A stretch of DNA of 64,000 bases from the NCBI GenBank assembly GCA_002633005.1, contig NMRA01000634.1, positions 1-64,000 on the forward strand. Direction: 5' to 3'. The notes beneath the pieces were generated by a model. That model was not told the DNA's origin, ran no database searches, and was given only the letters and a program-made list of their open reading frames with translations. This DNA is from Phoronis australis (taxonomy: Eukaryota; Animalia; Phoronida). Shown here one piece after another: positions 28,601 to 40,600 of this stretch (positions within the stretch are counted from its first letter, which is position 1; the number at the start of each line of letters is the position of its first letter). The translations under genes and the position numbers were made by a program.

Positions 28601-31600
28601 TGTTTGGCGATCCCTGTGTTGGAGAAAGAAAATACATCGAAGTGGACTACGACTGTGTTGAAGGTTTACCTAGATCATGTTCCGAAATCATTTTAAGGCC
28701 ACATTAAAGACACTCTTTCCTGTTTTTGCAATTTTAGAACGCAGTTTGTAAATTACAGCCCTCAGCTGTTGACCTGATTGTGTATTCGGAGTGTTTACCA
28801 TTTCTTACAATTTATACCGCCAACTTCTTCTTACATCTTAGAACAAACGTGGTTTCCATTTCAGAAGTGAGCACTTGTGCCGTGTTAGACCCGTCTGCTG
28901 GTTTCGCATGGAAAGATGTGTCGTGTAATAAATCCAATGTTGGATTTGTATGCAAAAAAGGTGAGGAAATCTGTTTGATCATAAACAATGAATACTTCCA
29001 ATGAATTTTTTGTAAAACACGTATTCCTCTTTGAGAGAATTCTGTACAAATGATCAGCCTAAAAAAATGCCCATCAAACGCTTCATCGAAGAAACGAAAT
29101 TTTGATTTAGAATATTTGTTGCTATGAAATTGGTCTGAGCTTGTTTCTTACTGAGATGGGAAGGATTTCCTAGCTTGCAACGACTTGATATTTTGTTATT
29201 CGTTGAGACTATTCTCGGCGCATAAATTGACACGTCAACATTACAAGATACAGTATCTCGCAGAGCTTGTTTTTAGGCAATAACGCATTGTCAATAGGCC
29301 TTTTGCGAGTTTATAACAATAACGCGAGATTATGTGAGACTTAACTGTGACGTCACGGGAAGTGGGGCAAAAGCTTGTCGTTTGGTCATTTGCCCAATAC
29401 GGTAGCAGAGTGTATTCTGTTATTGTCTTCGAGTTTTTAGCCGTTTAGTTCGAAAAATGTCCAAAAAGCATTGCTGTTATGGCAAATGAACTTCAGATTC
29501 GCACTACAATACGTTCTATCGCGTTCTGTACTAATTTCGTCCCGTGTATTTTAAACGGGCGGTAGGCGAAATCCGCTCACTGGTAAAGTTTTCACCTCGT
29601 CGAAAATACATTCTACACCTAAAATTAGCACCTAAAAGGCTCTTACTTTCTTCAGTGACTCTTTCTGCTTCTAAGTATATCTTCGATGAAGCATATATAC
29701 GGGAATTCAGGTGACTTAGGCGAAGAATTCCAACTCCACTTTGTGGTTACTGTTAACTTTGTCCGCGCGCGCGATAACCACAATCAAGTATTTCAACTGA
29801 GTCAGGTGAGTATGAGGCAAAGGCTAGCGCGAGACTGAGCGAAGCGCGAGATCTGGCGCGTGACCTGGCGCGTGACACTTGCAAAATAGCATGAGAAAAT
29901 ATCAAGTGAAATTTGTAAGATTTGTGTCCCTTGGACTTTTTGTTCGTCAACAGGCGTGATTTCACGTAACTTCCTCAAAATGGCGGCTAGTGAGAGAAAC
30001 TCGAGAGAACCGCGAGGTTTTCATGAATATGCTCAAGTTATTTGTAGACTAAATTGTGTCCAGAGTCAGGGTATGTGTTAATTATAACTTCATGTGCACA
30101 TATGCATGTTTGATTTGATTTTATTTGCTGTATTTTGAAGTGAATATCTTTTTATGGGGATACACTATCGCCCCTGTATGCATGTGCCTAGCGCTTTTCA
30201 GGCCTAGAGCGGGTTAAGTTACAATTTCAGTCCGTTCACAGCTTCGCACAACATAACAAGTTCACATTTTCTTCGTCCATTCACAGTTATTCCACGACCC
30301 ATCTACCATATCTTAAGTTCTTTTAACGTTATAGGCGTAAAATTCACCATAAGAACTCCAGTAAGTTTTAGCGTGTGTAGCAAAGACTCGGGGCAAAACA
30401 AGAGCAATATAGCGGGTTTTGCCCCCTTTCCGGTGACGTCACAGTGACTAACGAGAAACTCGCAAGTGAGCTATTTTTGATGCCCTGCACTGACCCCCAC
30501 TTATAACTAACATTACGACGTTTTCCCGTTGCTCCCAACTTGTTCGATTCTATAGCCCAACAACAAGTTGGGAAGTTTACCCCTGTATCCAATATCTTAC
30601 ACGATGGATTAATTCCATTCCGGCATTTATGGTTTGAGGGCCAGCTCTCTGCTTTTGTTAGATAATTGCTCTTATCTCCACTAAGATCGTATCTACAACG
30701 ACTGGGCTGTGCTGTTAAAAAAGGTTAAGTTACAGCATATTTGAACATAAAACAACAGCATTTCTGAAATCTTCGTCAAATGGTGATCATGTTTTGTTTT
30801 TGAATTGACAAAATCGCCCAACTGCAACCGAAGTTACGACAATCTATTCTTTCCGAGTACACCAATTCACACTGAGTTTGACTGTGTTCACATTTGGTCT
30901 GTAATAAGCCTCGTAGATAATTATCCTGCTTGTTGTCATAACAAACAAAAGAGTGTGCTAGGCAGTTAACAAAGAAGCTAGATTTTACCACATGCTCAGA
31001 ACCCCCTACGTCCGGTAAAGTCATTGAACGGTAAAACGCCGTCATGAGGAACAGTTCGAGACCAGTTTGATAAATGTAAGTGGTCTCAATCTTTAATTTG
31101 TGTTTTCTGATGGAAGGTGTCTTTATAGGCGCTTTAAACGGGCAAGGTTGTGAGATATGTGTGAACCTGACATTCGAACTCCTGACATCAAAATCAATCT
31201 ACGAATTCACAGAAGTCTATGTGTCCTTGACCTCTGGCCTTAAAATCAATTGATGTCATCTACATGTCGAAATTAACGTACACCTGGCTTAAAGACCGCT
31301 ACTCTGGGCGTTTTCCAATCAACGATCCAATGTGTCCAGGGTGAAAGTCTCTGTGACCTTGAAAAAGTTGGTTTGCTGACATCAGCACCTTCAGGGGAAG
31401 GGATTTAAAGGCCCCGTTCAACTTCCATACCCGGCCAAGTTTGAGGACCATAGCCTCAGAGTTGAGTTAATGTTCGGAGAATATTTTCGTTGTGAATGTC
31501 AAAGTGCAGTTGCACAATCTTTACTTACCGATCTTAAAATCAATAGGGCCCATCCCCCTATGGGTGTCTGAATCAATCTTTAAACAAATTTGATGAACAG

Positions 31601-34600
31601 GATCTCAAGCCTTTTGAAGTTATTAGTTGGAGCATTCTTGATATATTGAACGATCAATGTGAGCATCATGCACTTTTGAAGCGTCAGAGTAAGAATTGCT
31701 GCATATTTCCGAACACGTGTTGGACGGAAAATAATCAGGAAATAACTCAATTGGAATTTTGTATGTGTCAAAACGACCATGACAGCCGCTTTCAGAATTA
31801 CTTATATTTGCTGATCTTTAAAAGACATGCCAATCACTTACTTGTTGTACAGAAATTATCCGCGAACAAATATGTCCTCAGTTTCCGGAGATCATGTCCT
31901 TTGGTGCATTTCTGTAACAATGTTGGGTGTTACCATACGCCCTTCTCCTCGAAGCAGAATGCAAGGGAACATGCGATTATTCTCCGTTTTTGTTCTGCTT
32001 TTGTTCCCAACTAAACGATGAGCCGAACTAAATGTTAACGACGCAAAACGTTCCCTGTCACCAAGCAGCAACCGGGGCGTGTAATTTATGTTCAGAAATG
32101 TTGACCAGCGTTACAGTAACCATAACCATACCCAACACACCAAGCTCTTTACTTCAGCTGCATTACATTTTTAAATAGTGTAATGGTTATAATGAAGGAT
32201 GGCAGTATTAGTCACGGTCATTCCCAGAACGTTTTTACTACTCTTTTTACTATCCTTATCAGGCTAATGCTGAGACTGAGTTTTTTTCCAGCTCGCCAAA
32301 CCTATTCTCCCTTGGACTGTACTTCTGTGAGTGGAAATAGCCAATCAGCGACCTGTCCCGCTGGTAAGACACGTTCAATACAACAATATCGATCGTAGAT
32401 ATCCCAAAATACGCCATGCATGTATAATAGTAATGTTCGAACGTGTGCGTTTATTCAAATACAAAGCCGTAGATTTTCCATAAAAAACCCATTTTCGTTA
32501 TTTGAAACATAATTTTACCATTTATATGTTATTTCCATGGAATTGTGATTAATTACCTCGTCTGTAGCCATGGCTGAATGGCAGAACTGCGAAACATAGC
32601 GAATGTCCCTTGTGTTCGGAAGCATTGCGTTTTAACAGTTGCGGGACCTTTTACTGTTGCATTGTCTGATAGATCGAAATATGAGATTTGGGAACCCCTT
32701 TTCCGTTCAACAAGAGAATGCATCTGACGAGCAACGAAAATTTTGTTAAACATCTGTTTCGTTTCAGACTCCATTATGCAGTCTGTATAAGACAATGCCT
32801 CGGTTAAATATGCATTTTACTCTGTTTAGTGGTTAATACAAAAGTAAATTTAACTAGTTCGATCTCATAATATTCTTTACCGCGTAGGATTTTATTTCCG
32901 TAACCAATTTCGAATTCACAATTTTGGGTTTCTCCAATCCCAAAACACAAAAATGTTCCTTGAGTCGCTGGTGGTAATCGAAATGGAATCTTGTCGCGAA
33001 AAGGAATATCATGATTCGGATTATTTGAGAAGAAAGCCCTATGCCACTTTCGTTTTTAGGCACCTAAAGGAGACAAAATGCAACTTTAAGAAATATGACA
33101 GTTAGGTTTCTGACAGTCTATATTGTTGGGTAAAAAATAAAGTTTTGGTGTGAATTCGATGATACACTTTCTAGCCAGCTAACCATTGCACATAAAAGGC
33201 AATCTACAACATTGGAGTCACGGTTTTAGAGTTTGGGTGCGCATAGTACTTATGGGGTAGTTCGAAGCACTTTTTGTCTCCTTAGAAGGCTGTTTGCTGT
33301 CAGTTTTTCCTGGCTATGTAATGTCACTGATTCGATGGCACCAATGCGCCAATTTTACTGAGACTCAATTCAAATCAAGCCACTTCATGCACACTCTAAG
33401 GCAAATGTATCTTCAGTTCTATCTTAGTCGTGTGTCTTCATAAATTTCAGACTTCCCGCAGGGCGTCGCCTGTCGATGTTCGTGTGCTAATGGCCGATGG
33501 AAACATTATCGACGCATATGCGACTGTTCTCTCTGCAGCTCAAACGCCGTTAGTGTGGCGCGCTGTTGCAAACCTCATTCAGGTTATTCACCCGGCCCCG
33601 ACTACAGGGCCTCTGTTGAATGTATAGAAAATCGTCATACACCCCGAATTGCAGCGCCCAGTGCAACTTGCCCAGCAAGTACGTATAGTTTAATGTCTTT
33701 CAACCCTAAGCAGAAATATTTTGCTATGACACAGCAAAATGAACCACTGAAACCAGCGAATTTTGGGTATTTTTGATTCATCTACAATTTCGTAAGCAGA
33801 CGACAGTTTCTGTTATATCAGATCGGGATCATACCTTCCATATTTTCCATAGCTCTCACGGTATCTGTTGTCTTAAAGATTGAATATGAAGTAAAACTTG
33901 GAAGTACGAGTATTTAGACCATACAGATACATATACCCTGGAAGCAAAGATCATAGACAACTAATTAGCCACTGCCATGTCATTTAGGTGTCCCGACTGA
34001 CGTAGTAGCGTAAACAACCAACACCGAACGCGAGGCGCCAGCTTTCCAAGAGGTTGCCCCACATGTACTCATTGATAATAAATGAATTTTATCCCATATA
34101 CGTGAAAATATGGATGCTGTATACGTCACGTTATTAAATGTAAAGTACGGGAAAGTAGAGTCGGCAATCCGACAAGCTTTTGATATTTTTGAATGGTTCA
34201 ATGCTTTAACTTGTATATTTCACAAACTGAAAAATCTAACCAATTTATTAGGAAATAAATATTTACATGTTATTCAACACTCTCACAAATCAGTCTTGTC
34301 GCTTAACCGGCTTGGGTACCGTATTTGGCACATCTATGATGTCATATAACAACAAGCCGGAGCACACGGTAACAGAGTTTTGCAGCGATGATGCAAATAA
34401 GTCCTTACATGTATGCATGAGATAATTAGGTTATACCACATACATAGGAATACTACTCGAGATCATTTCATGTGAATTCTTTATAGGATATGACAGTAAT
34501 ATTCCCATGTATGTGGGATAACCTAGTACATGTATATGTTTTTACTACGTGAGGGATTGCGTTTCTGATGATTGTATCAACAAAACCATATTCATCCACG

Positions 34601-37600
34601 CCATGCATGACACATTCTGTTCATCGAAGACGCCACAGCAAAACCTTTGGTCTCCAGCAATTACTTTTCAACGAGCTTTTCTTTGAGGAGATGACTCCAT
34701 GTCGCTTTCATTTTTATCTCTGAAATGTTAGGTAACAACAATTTCACTGTCAATAATGTAAAATTGACTTTCGGATTCTTGAAACTTAGTGAAACCACTA
34801 GCTTCGTCGGGTGGACTGGGCGGGGTGGGGGTAACTGTAAACTCACAGTGCTACGAAAGTTAGCAATGTGGAATGTTGTTTATCATGGCTTCCCATTGGT
34901 CAAAGTAATGAAACCGACGTCATTAACATTCAGTCATTCCCATCGGTTGAAATTTTGGAAACCCCTTACAGTTTACTGTTACGTAGTATGGCGACCACCT
35001 TTGACTTGAATAGTTGGAATTTCCCAATCCCATGGCGAAGCCCAACCAAGTACAGTGCATTGAAGTCGTCTGTAAGTGGTGGCCATGTGATCGATAAACT
35101 TCCGATCAAGCCTGCACATTCATGCCCACACACGGAATTCCGTGTGTGGTTCATCATGATTCCATAGGGCCACTTTTAGTATAGGTGGCGCTGCGTAGAG
35201 AAACACCCCTAATTACAGCACCCCTTGCAACAATACAGCAAAATGAACCACGTAAACGAGCGAATTTCGTAAGCAGGCGACAGTTTCTGTCAACTCAGAG
35301 CCCCGGGGATCGTACGTACTTTCCGTATTTTCCATAGATCTCACGGTACGGTATGGACTTAAAGAATTGAATATGAAGTAAAACTTGGAAGTACGAGTAT
35401 TTAGACCTCACAGATACCCTGGAAGCAAAGATCATGGACAACTTATTAGCCACTGCCGAGTCATTTAGGTGTCCCGAGCGCAAGGCGCCAGCTTTCCACG
35501 CCGTCTGTTGTGAAGAGGTTGCTCCACATGTACACATTAATAGCAAAATTTATTCCCTAAATGTGAAAATATGGATTCTGTACACGTCACGTTATTAACT
35601 GTGAAGTGCGGTAAAGTAGAATCAATCATAAACAACGGTAGAAGCCGTATACAATGGTAGAAGCCGTATTTCACGGTTGGTGAGCAGTCTCCTGGTGGAG
35701 TAAATTCGCGAGTGCAACGATTGAATTCGTTCATTTGGGTTACCCAAATCATCGCCCCAAGGTGTCATTCCTGAAAAAGCAGTTTTACTGCTCTAAAAAT
35801 TTACCGATGAAAATTTCGAACCACGGTGATCAGGCGGCTATTTTTGGGCCTCGCTGAAGTTTCAATCAGGGTCATCATAAATAGGTCAAGATAAACAGCG
35901 TCCCCGGCCAACAAAGTCAGCCAAAATCTAATTCAAATCCATCGAAAACGTTTTTTGTGGATGCATACAGTGTATGTATTCTGAGAGCTAAGGTCTTTAC
36001 AGGAAATTGCGACCTAATTAAATATCAAGTATGTGTATTTTTCTGAAACTATCGTCTGCTTGCCAGTCTCCGTCGCTAGCGGTCGTAGCGTAAAATCTCC
36101 TTTTTGCGATACAGTCCCTTACCTCAAGTTCAGAAAATCGGCAGAGATTCCATCGTTATTTTCCAATGCTGTGATCAACACTGGGAAATGTTTATATGAT
36201 AATTCACAGTCCAAAAGCTAAGATACGAAAATAGACGAAGAAAACTAAGAAATTCATCGAAACTGAAATGACACACGGCTACACAAAGTCTGTTCAGGGA
36301 ATTTTTCAACTTTTATAGTCTCGGATGGATTGTTTCTAAGTTTCCGACAAACTTTCACAGATCAATCTTGTCGCTTAACCGGCTTGGATACCGTATTTGG
36401 CATACAAATGACATCATATATAACAACACGCTGGAGCACACGGCAACAAGGTTTTGCGGCGACCATGCAAATAAGTCCATATACAGTATATGGGATAAAT
36501 AGGTTATCCCACATCCATAGGAATACTACTCGAAATCATTTCCCAACTCGACCTTCGGTCTCGTTGGGACATTCCCGAATGAATTCTCGATAGGATATGG
36601 CAGTAGTATTTCTATCTATGTGGAATAGCCTATTATATGAGAGAGAGANNNNNNNNNNNNNNNNNNNNNNNNNNNNNNNNNNNNNNNNNNNNNNNNNNNN
36701 NNNNNNNNNNNNNNNNNNNNNNNNNNNNNNNNNNNNNNNNNNNNNNNNNNNNNNNNNNNNNNNNNNNNNNNNNNNNNNNNNNNNNNNNNNNNNNNNNNNN
36801 NNNNNNNNNNNNNNNNNNNNNNNNNNNNNNNNNNNNNNNNNNNNNNNNNNNNNNNNNNNNNNNNNNNNNNNNNNNNNNNNNNNNNNNNNNNNNNNNNNNN
36901 NNNNNNNNNNNNNNNNNNNNNNNNNNNNNNNNNNNNNNNNNNNNNNNNNNNNNNNNNNNNNNNNNNNNNNNNNNNNNNNNNNAGAGAGAGGCTTGGCGGA
37001 GGGAGGAAGGGAGAGAGGAAAGAAAGGGGGAGGGAAGGAGGCGGGGAGGGAGGAGACATGAGAGATCTTCAAAAGCAAAAGCCACTCCATTGAGGGTCCC
37101 TGTACAATACAATACAATGCAGTACGATATAATACAATGCAGTACGATATAGTACAATGCAGTACGATACAATACAATTTAAGTAAGCAATAAAAATACA
37201 AGACGGTAATTATTAGGCCCCATTTACATATATTTGACAAACAGTGAACGATTGAACGACTGACATGTAGAATCAACAGCCCAAGTACTTCATTAAATGA
37301 ATAAACTTGACACCTGATTACAAATAACTAGCTGCTCCCCTACTATAAAACAACACTTTTTGTCTTGCAAAGGTTTTGGTGTAGTTAACGAATGTCGTTT
37401 TGCAGATTTCCCGACAGCTACAGACTGCTCGTGTGGTTACTGCAATGCAGATTTTGAGATTACCAACGAAAACACGTGCAACTGTTCCTCTGCCACGACT
37501 GATTGGGCCACAGCACAGTGCTGTAGGATCGTATACACGCCGAGATCAACAGGTTGGTTTTTACGTTTAGCTGGTGGTTAAAGTGCGCGATCTTGTCAAA

Positions 37601-40600
37601 TCCGCTATAAAAAGTGTTACGGACCATGGTCTGGGTTTGTCATTACAATGTCGTGTTAAGCATTATTTTTTGAAAATACGTTCATAGTAAAGTAGTGGAA
37701 CGGTTTTAAAGAACGAACAGATCTGTCTCGTTTTCAGAGGCTGTTCTTACAGGATTCTGCTGATTCCGCTAGACCACCCTTCTTTAAAAGTGATTGATTC
37801 TATTGACGATGTTAGTTTTGGTCCAAATAGGGCCATAAGCAGTTGAAACCCCAGCACGACTGTTGTTAACATTATGTATTCACATATTGTATACTTGCGA
37901 CCCTGTTGTTGGGTTTTGGTGAACTTGAGAATGTTGAATTCGACTTCATAAAAACATTGGATTTTTGTCTTTCTGTAAAAGCATAAAGTTAACAGCAATT
38001 GTGCCGTGACTGGTTCTTGATGACGACTTCCGTCTTTTAGATGTTTTACCCGGTTCATCAAGCTGAACGGCGAAGTCAGTCATGAGAAGCTAAATATGTA
38101 ATAGAGCCTGCACCTCATATTTTCACATCACGAGTTTTATTTGAATTCCAGTCAGTGACTATACGATATTTATTGTTGCTTCTACCATTGATTTAATGCA
38201 ACTGTAGGTGACCAACTTATAGAGAAATACTTGACAATAGACGGCATCGTTATCGACGGACACGACAATTGGACACCTTCGGGCGTTACGTCAGAGGATG
38301 AATGTTTGCAAGCGTGTGAAAATCAGGTGACTTTCTTCTTTCAAAAAGTGCTTTTTATGCGCTTTCAAAACACACCCTGCTGGTACATATCGTCTGCCCT
38401 TCTTGGCTGGATGTCGTCCACCAGTCGTTGCTTATTTGTCTTGAAAGTTATTTTTACTGATCTTTAATTGCTGGAATTTGACACAGATACATGTGAGAAA
38501 GGGCCAGCAACACTTGATTTTCAAATGGACTACAGTGTGTTAGCCATTTTAACGTTCAGTGAGGTTGTCCATGTCATTCCATTACTTGTAACAGATACTC
38601 TACTACACTATTTCACGGGTGCCGCAACACTGAAATAAGTGGGGAGAATATAGCCCTCCCCCAGCCCCACTATGCTGCGCCGCCCAACCACATGTATTTT
38701 AGATATGAGGCAAAACGAGAATCCACATAAAATTAGCTGTAATTCATTGCGTATTCCTGTTCACAGAACAAGGTGACTCATTTATTTGACATTCTAAACT
38801 GGTGGATACGGCTTAACGCATTTTTTGCTCTCAACACGGAGAGAAATGGTTGGGAGGTTGCCAGCGCCTGAGACTGTTCGACAGTGTCTACCTAAATATT
38901 TTTCATATCAGTGAACACTGATGACGCGTAATACACTTGCACTTTACTTAGCTATCTCCCGTCTAGATATGTAGATGCGCCCAATGAGGCCAAAGCCACG
39001 TCCCTCTTGCGAAAAAGTCACAGAATCTATTGGTTTCCCGCCTAAATAGGGTTTGAATTGAGTGCCGTGGACACAAGAATCTTGCTAGTAAAGTTAGGGT
39101 GCTTTGCTTGTGAAGCATTGCGATAGCTGACGAAGCTTTGCGTTTCGAGAGTATATTGCGTCTCTGGAACAGGCTCAAGGCAGCTGTCTCGCCTTCCTTA
39201 ACTTGAGGCACAGAAAACACCTGAGTGTGCTGGCACCAACTATACACGAGTCCACGATTTTGAATTGGGTATTACAGAATAATGAGTTGACTAATTAGTT
39301 CATTAATCTGTCAATTAGTACATGAAGGGTTTTATTAGTATTCTCTGTTTTGTTGCATTTTGGTAACACTCTTGGTTTTTAGAATGAAAAAATGTTTTAA
39401 GCCTGTCCAGTATGCAAAATGATAATAAAATTTATGAAGTAAATAATTTATATTTTGCTTGTGGTATAATCATACACCATCACGAAATGAGAAAGGATTT
39501 TCTAATGGCATGACTCTTGTGCCATTCTAAGCTTAATTTATTTGTACTAACCAAACATTTCACCCTGGGCTCTATGTTTTATTGCAAGGACAACACCGGA
39601 AGGAACGAATGCAAACAAATCCCACGCATGCGCGACACCATCTCAGTCACGCGAGATCGAAGTTGGTATTCCATGTCTAGAGTTGAGCTGACTTCCTAAT
39701 GTAGAATACCCATCCTTTTTTCTCTCGATTACGGTTCTATCTCTCCACCTGCGACATTATTTTCTCATAATTGCGATTTTTCACAAATAGCCGAGGCCAT
39801 CGGCAAATTGTACGTGTAACAACAAAACACCTACAAGCGTACGCCACTTGCCATGGTCTCCCTTAAAGTATCGTTTGATTATTAGGTCGGGTGTAATTCT
39901 GTTGAGTTCAAGTCGTCTGATAGCACCTGTCGACTGAGTGGGTCCGCAATAAAGCATGTCGGCCTATCAGGGTTACTGCAACAACAGTCGGGATATACGT
40001 ACTACGAGAGGCTGGACGGGGAAGGTGAGGATGTGTAAACCATCTCAGAAAATGTATTCCTTCATGCCAGTTCTGCACCACTAGAATTATTGCAATTATT
40101 ACGATTTGTATGCTGTTAGCGTTAAATACAAAGAAACGAGGCCAGGCCATTTTCAAGATATTAACCTTAGTAGTCATGCTCACAGACTCAGAGGACTCTT
40201 CAATGGCCAACTAGACGCGAAGCATGTCTTTGAATAGGTGCACATCTTAACAGAAACGGTGCTTATATGATGATGTTTTCGTATTACTGTTTTCGGCATT
40301 AAGTGCACACCAGAACTGTCAGTTGCGATGCCCTACGTAGCAATATGTTTTAATTACTGAAGTCTCTGTAAGTTCAACAGTGTTTAACATGACTTTGCTT
40401 AGACTTTTTATTAACTGACATCGCGCCTTAAGTTATACGCACTAATAACCTACGCGTTACTTGTCTGCAAGTATTTACTGACACGGGGCTACAAATAGAA
40501 ACCCGTTGAGCACAAATTCTTTGGACTAAAATCTGCAGTTGGAACTTTACCTTTGGAATTCGCGATGACCCTGAAGCAAAAATAAGTTGCTGGTACAACT

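Larger units (their letters stand above)
27478..31607 (+). repeat. Copy 2 of the duplicated segment (probable second haplotype)
   Basis: Starts at the gap edge with sequence matching 24396 and rejoins unique sequence after gatctca at 31607. Confidence 0.95.

Noticed and set aside
27478-31607. Second SUEL/CTLD module as a true tandem extension of the protein
   Set aside because: Phases are incompatible (exon 8 ends phase 1, duplicate exon 7 starts phase 0) and both copies end at the gap, so it was left out of the gene model.
39517-39699. ORF with two Cys as a candidate PAN3 C-half
   Set aside because: Lacks the C-x-S..F/Y..C-x-L pattern; 39886-40024 fits both the motif and the phase.
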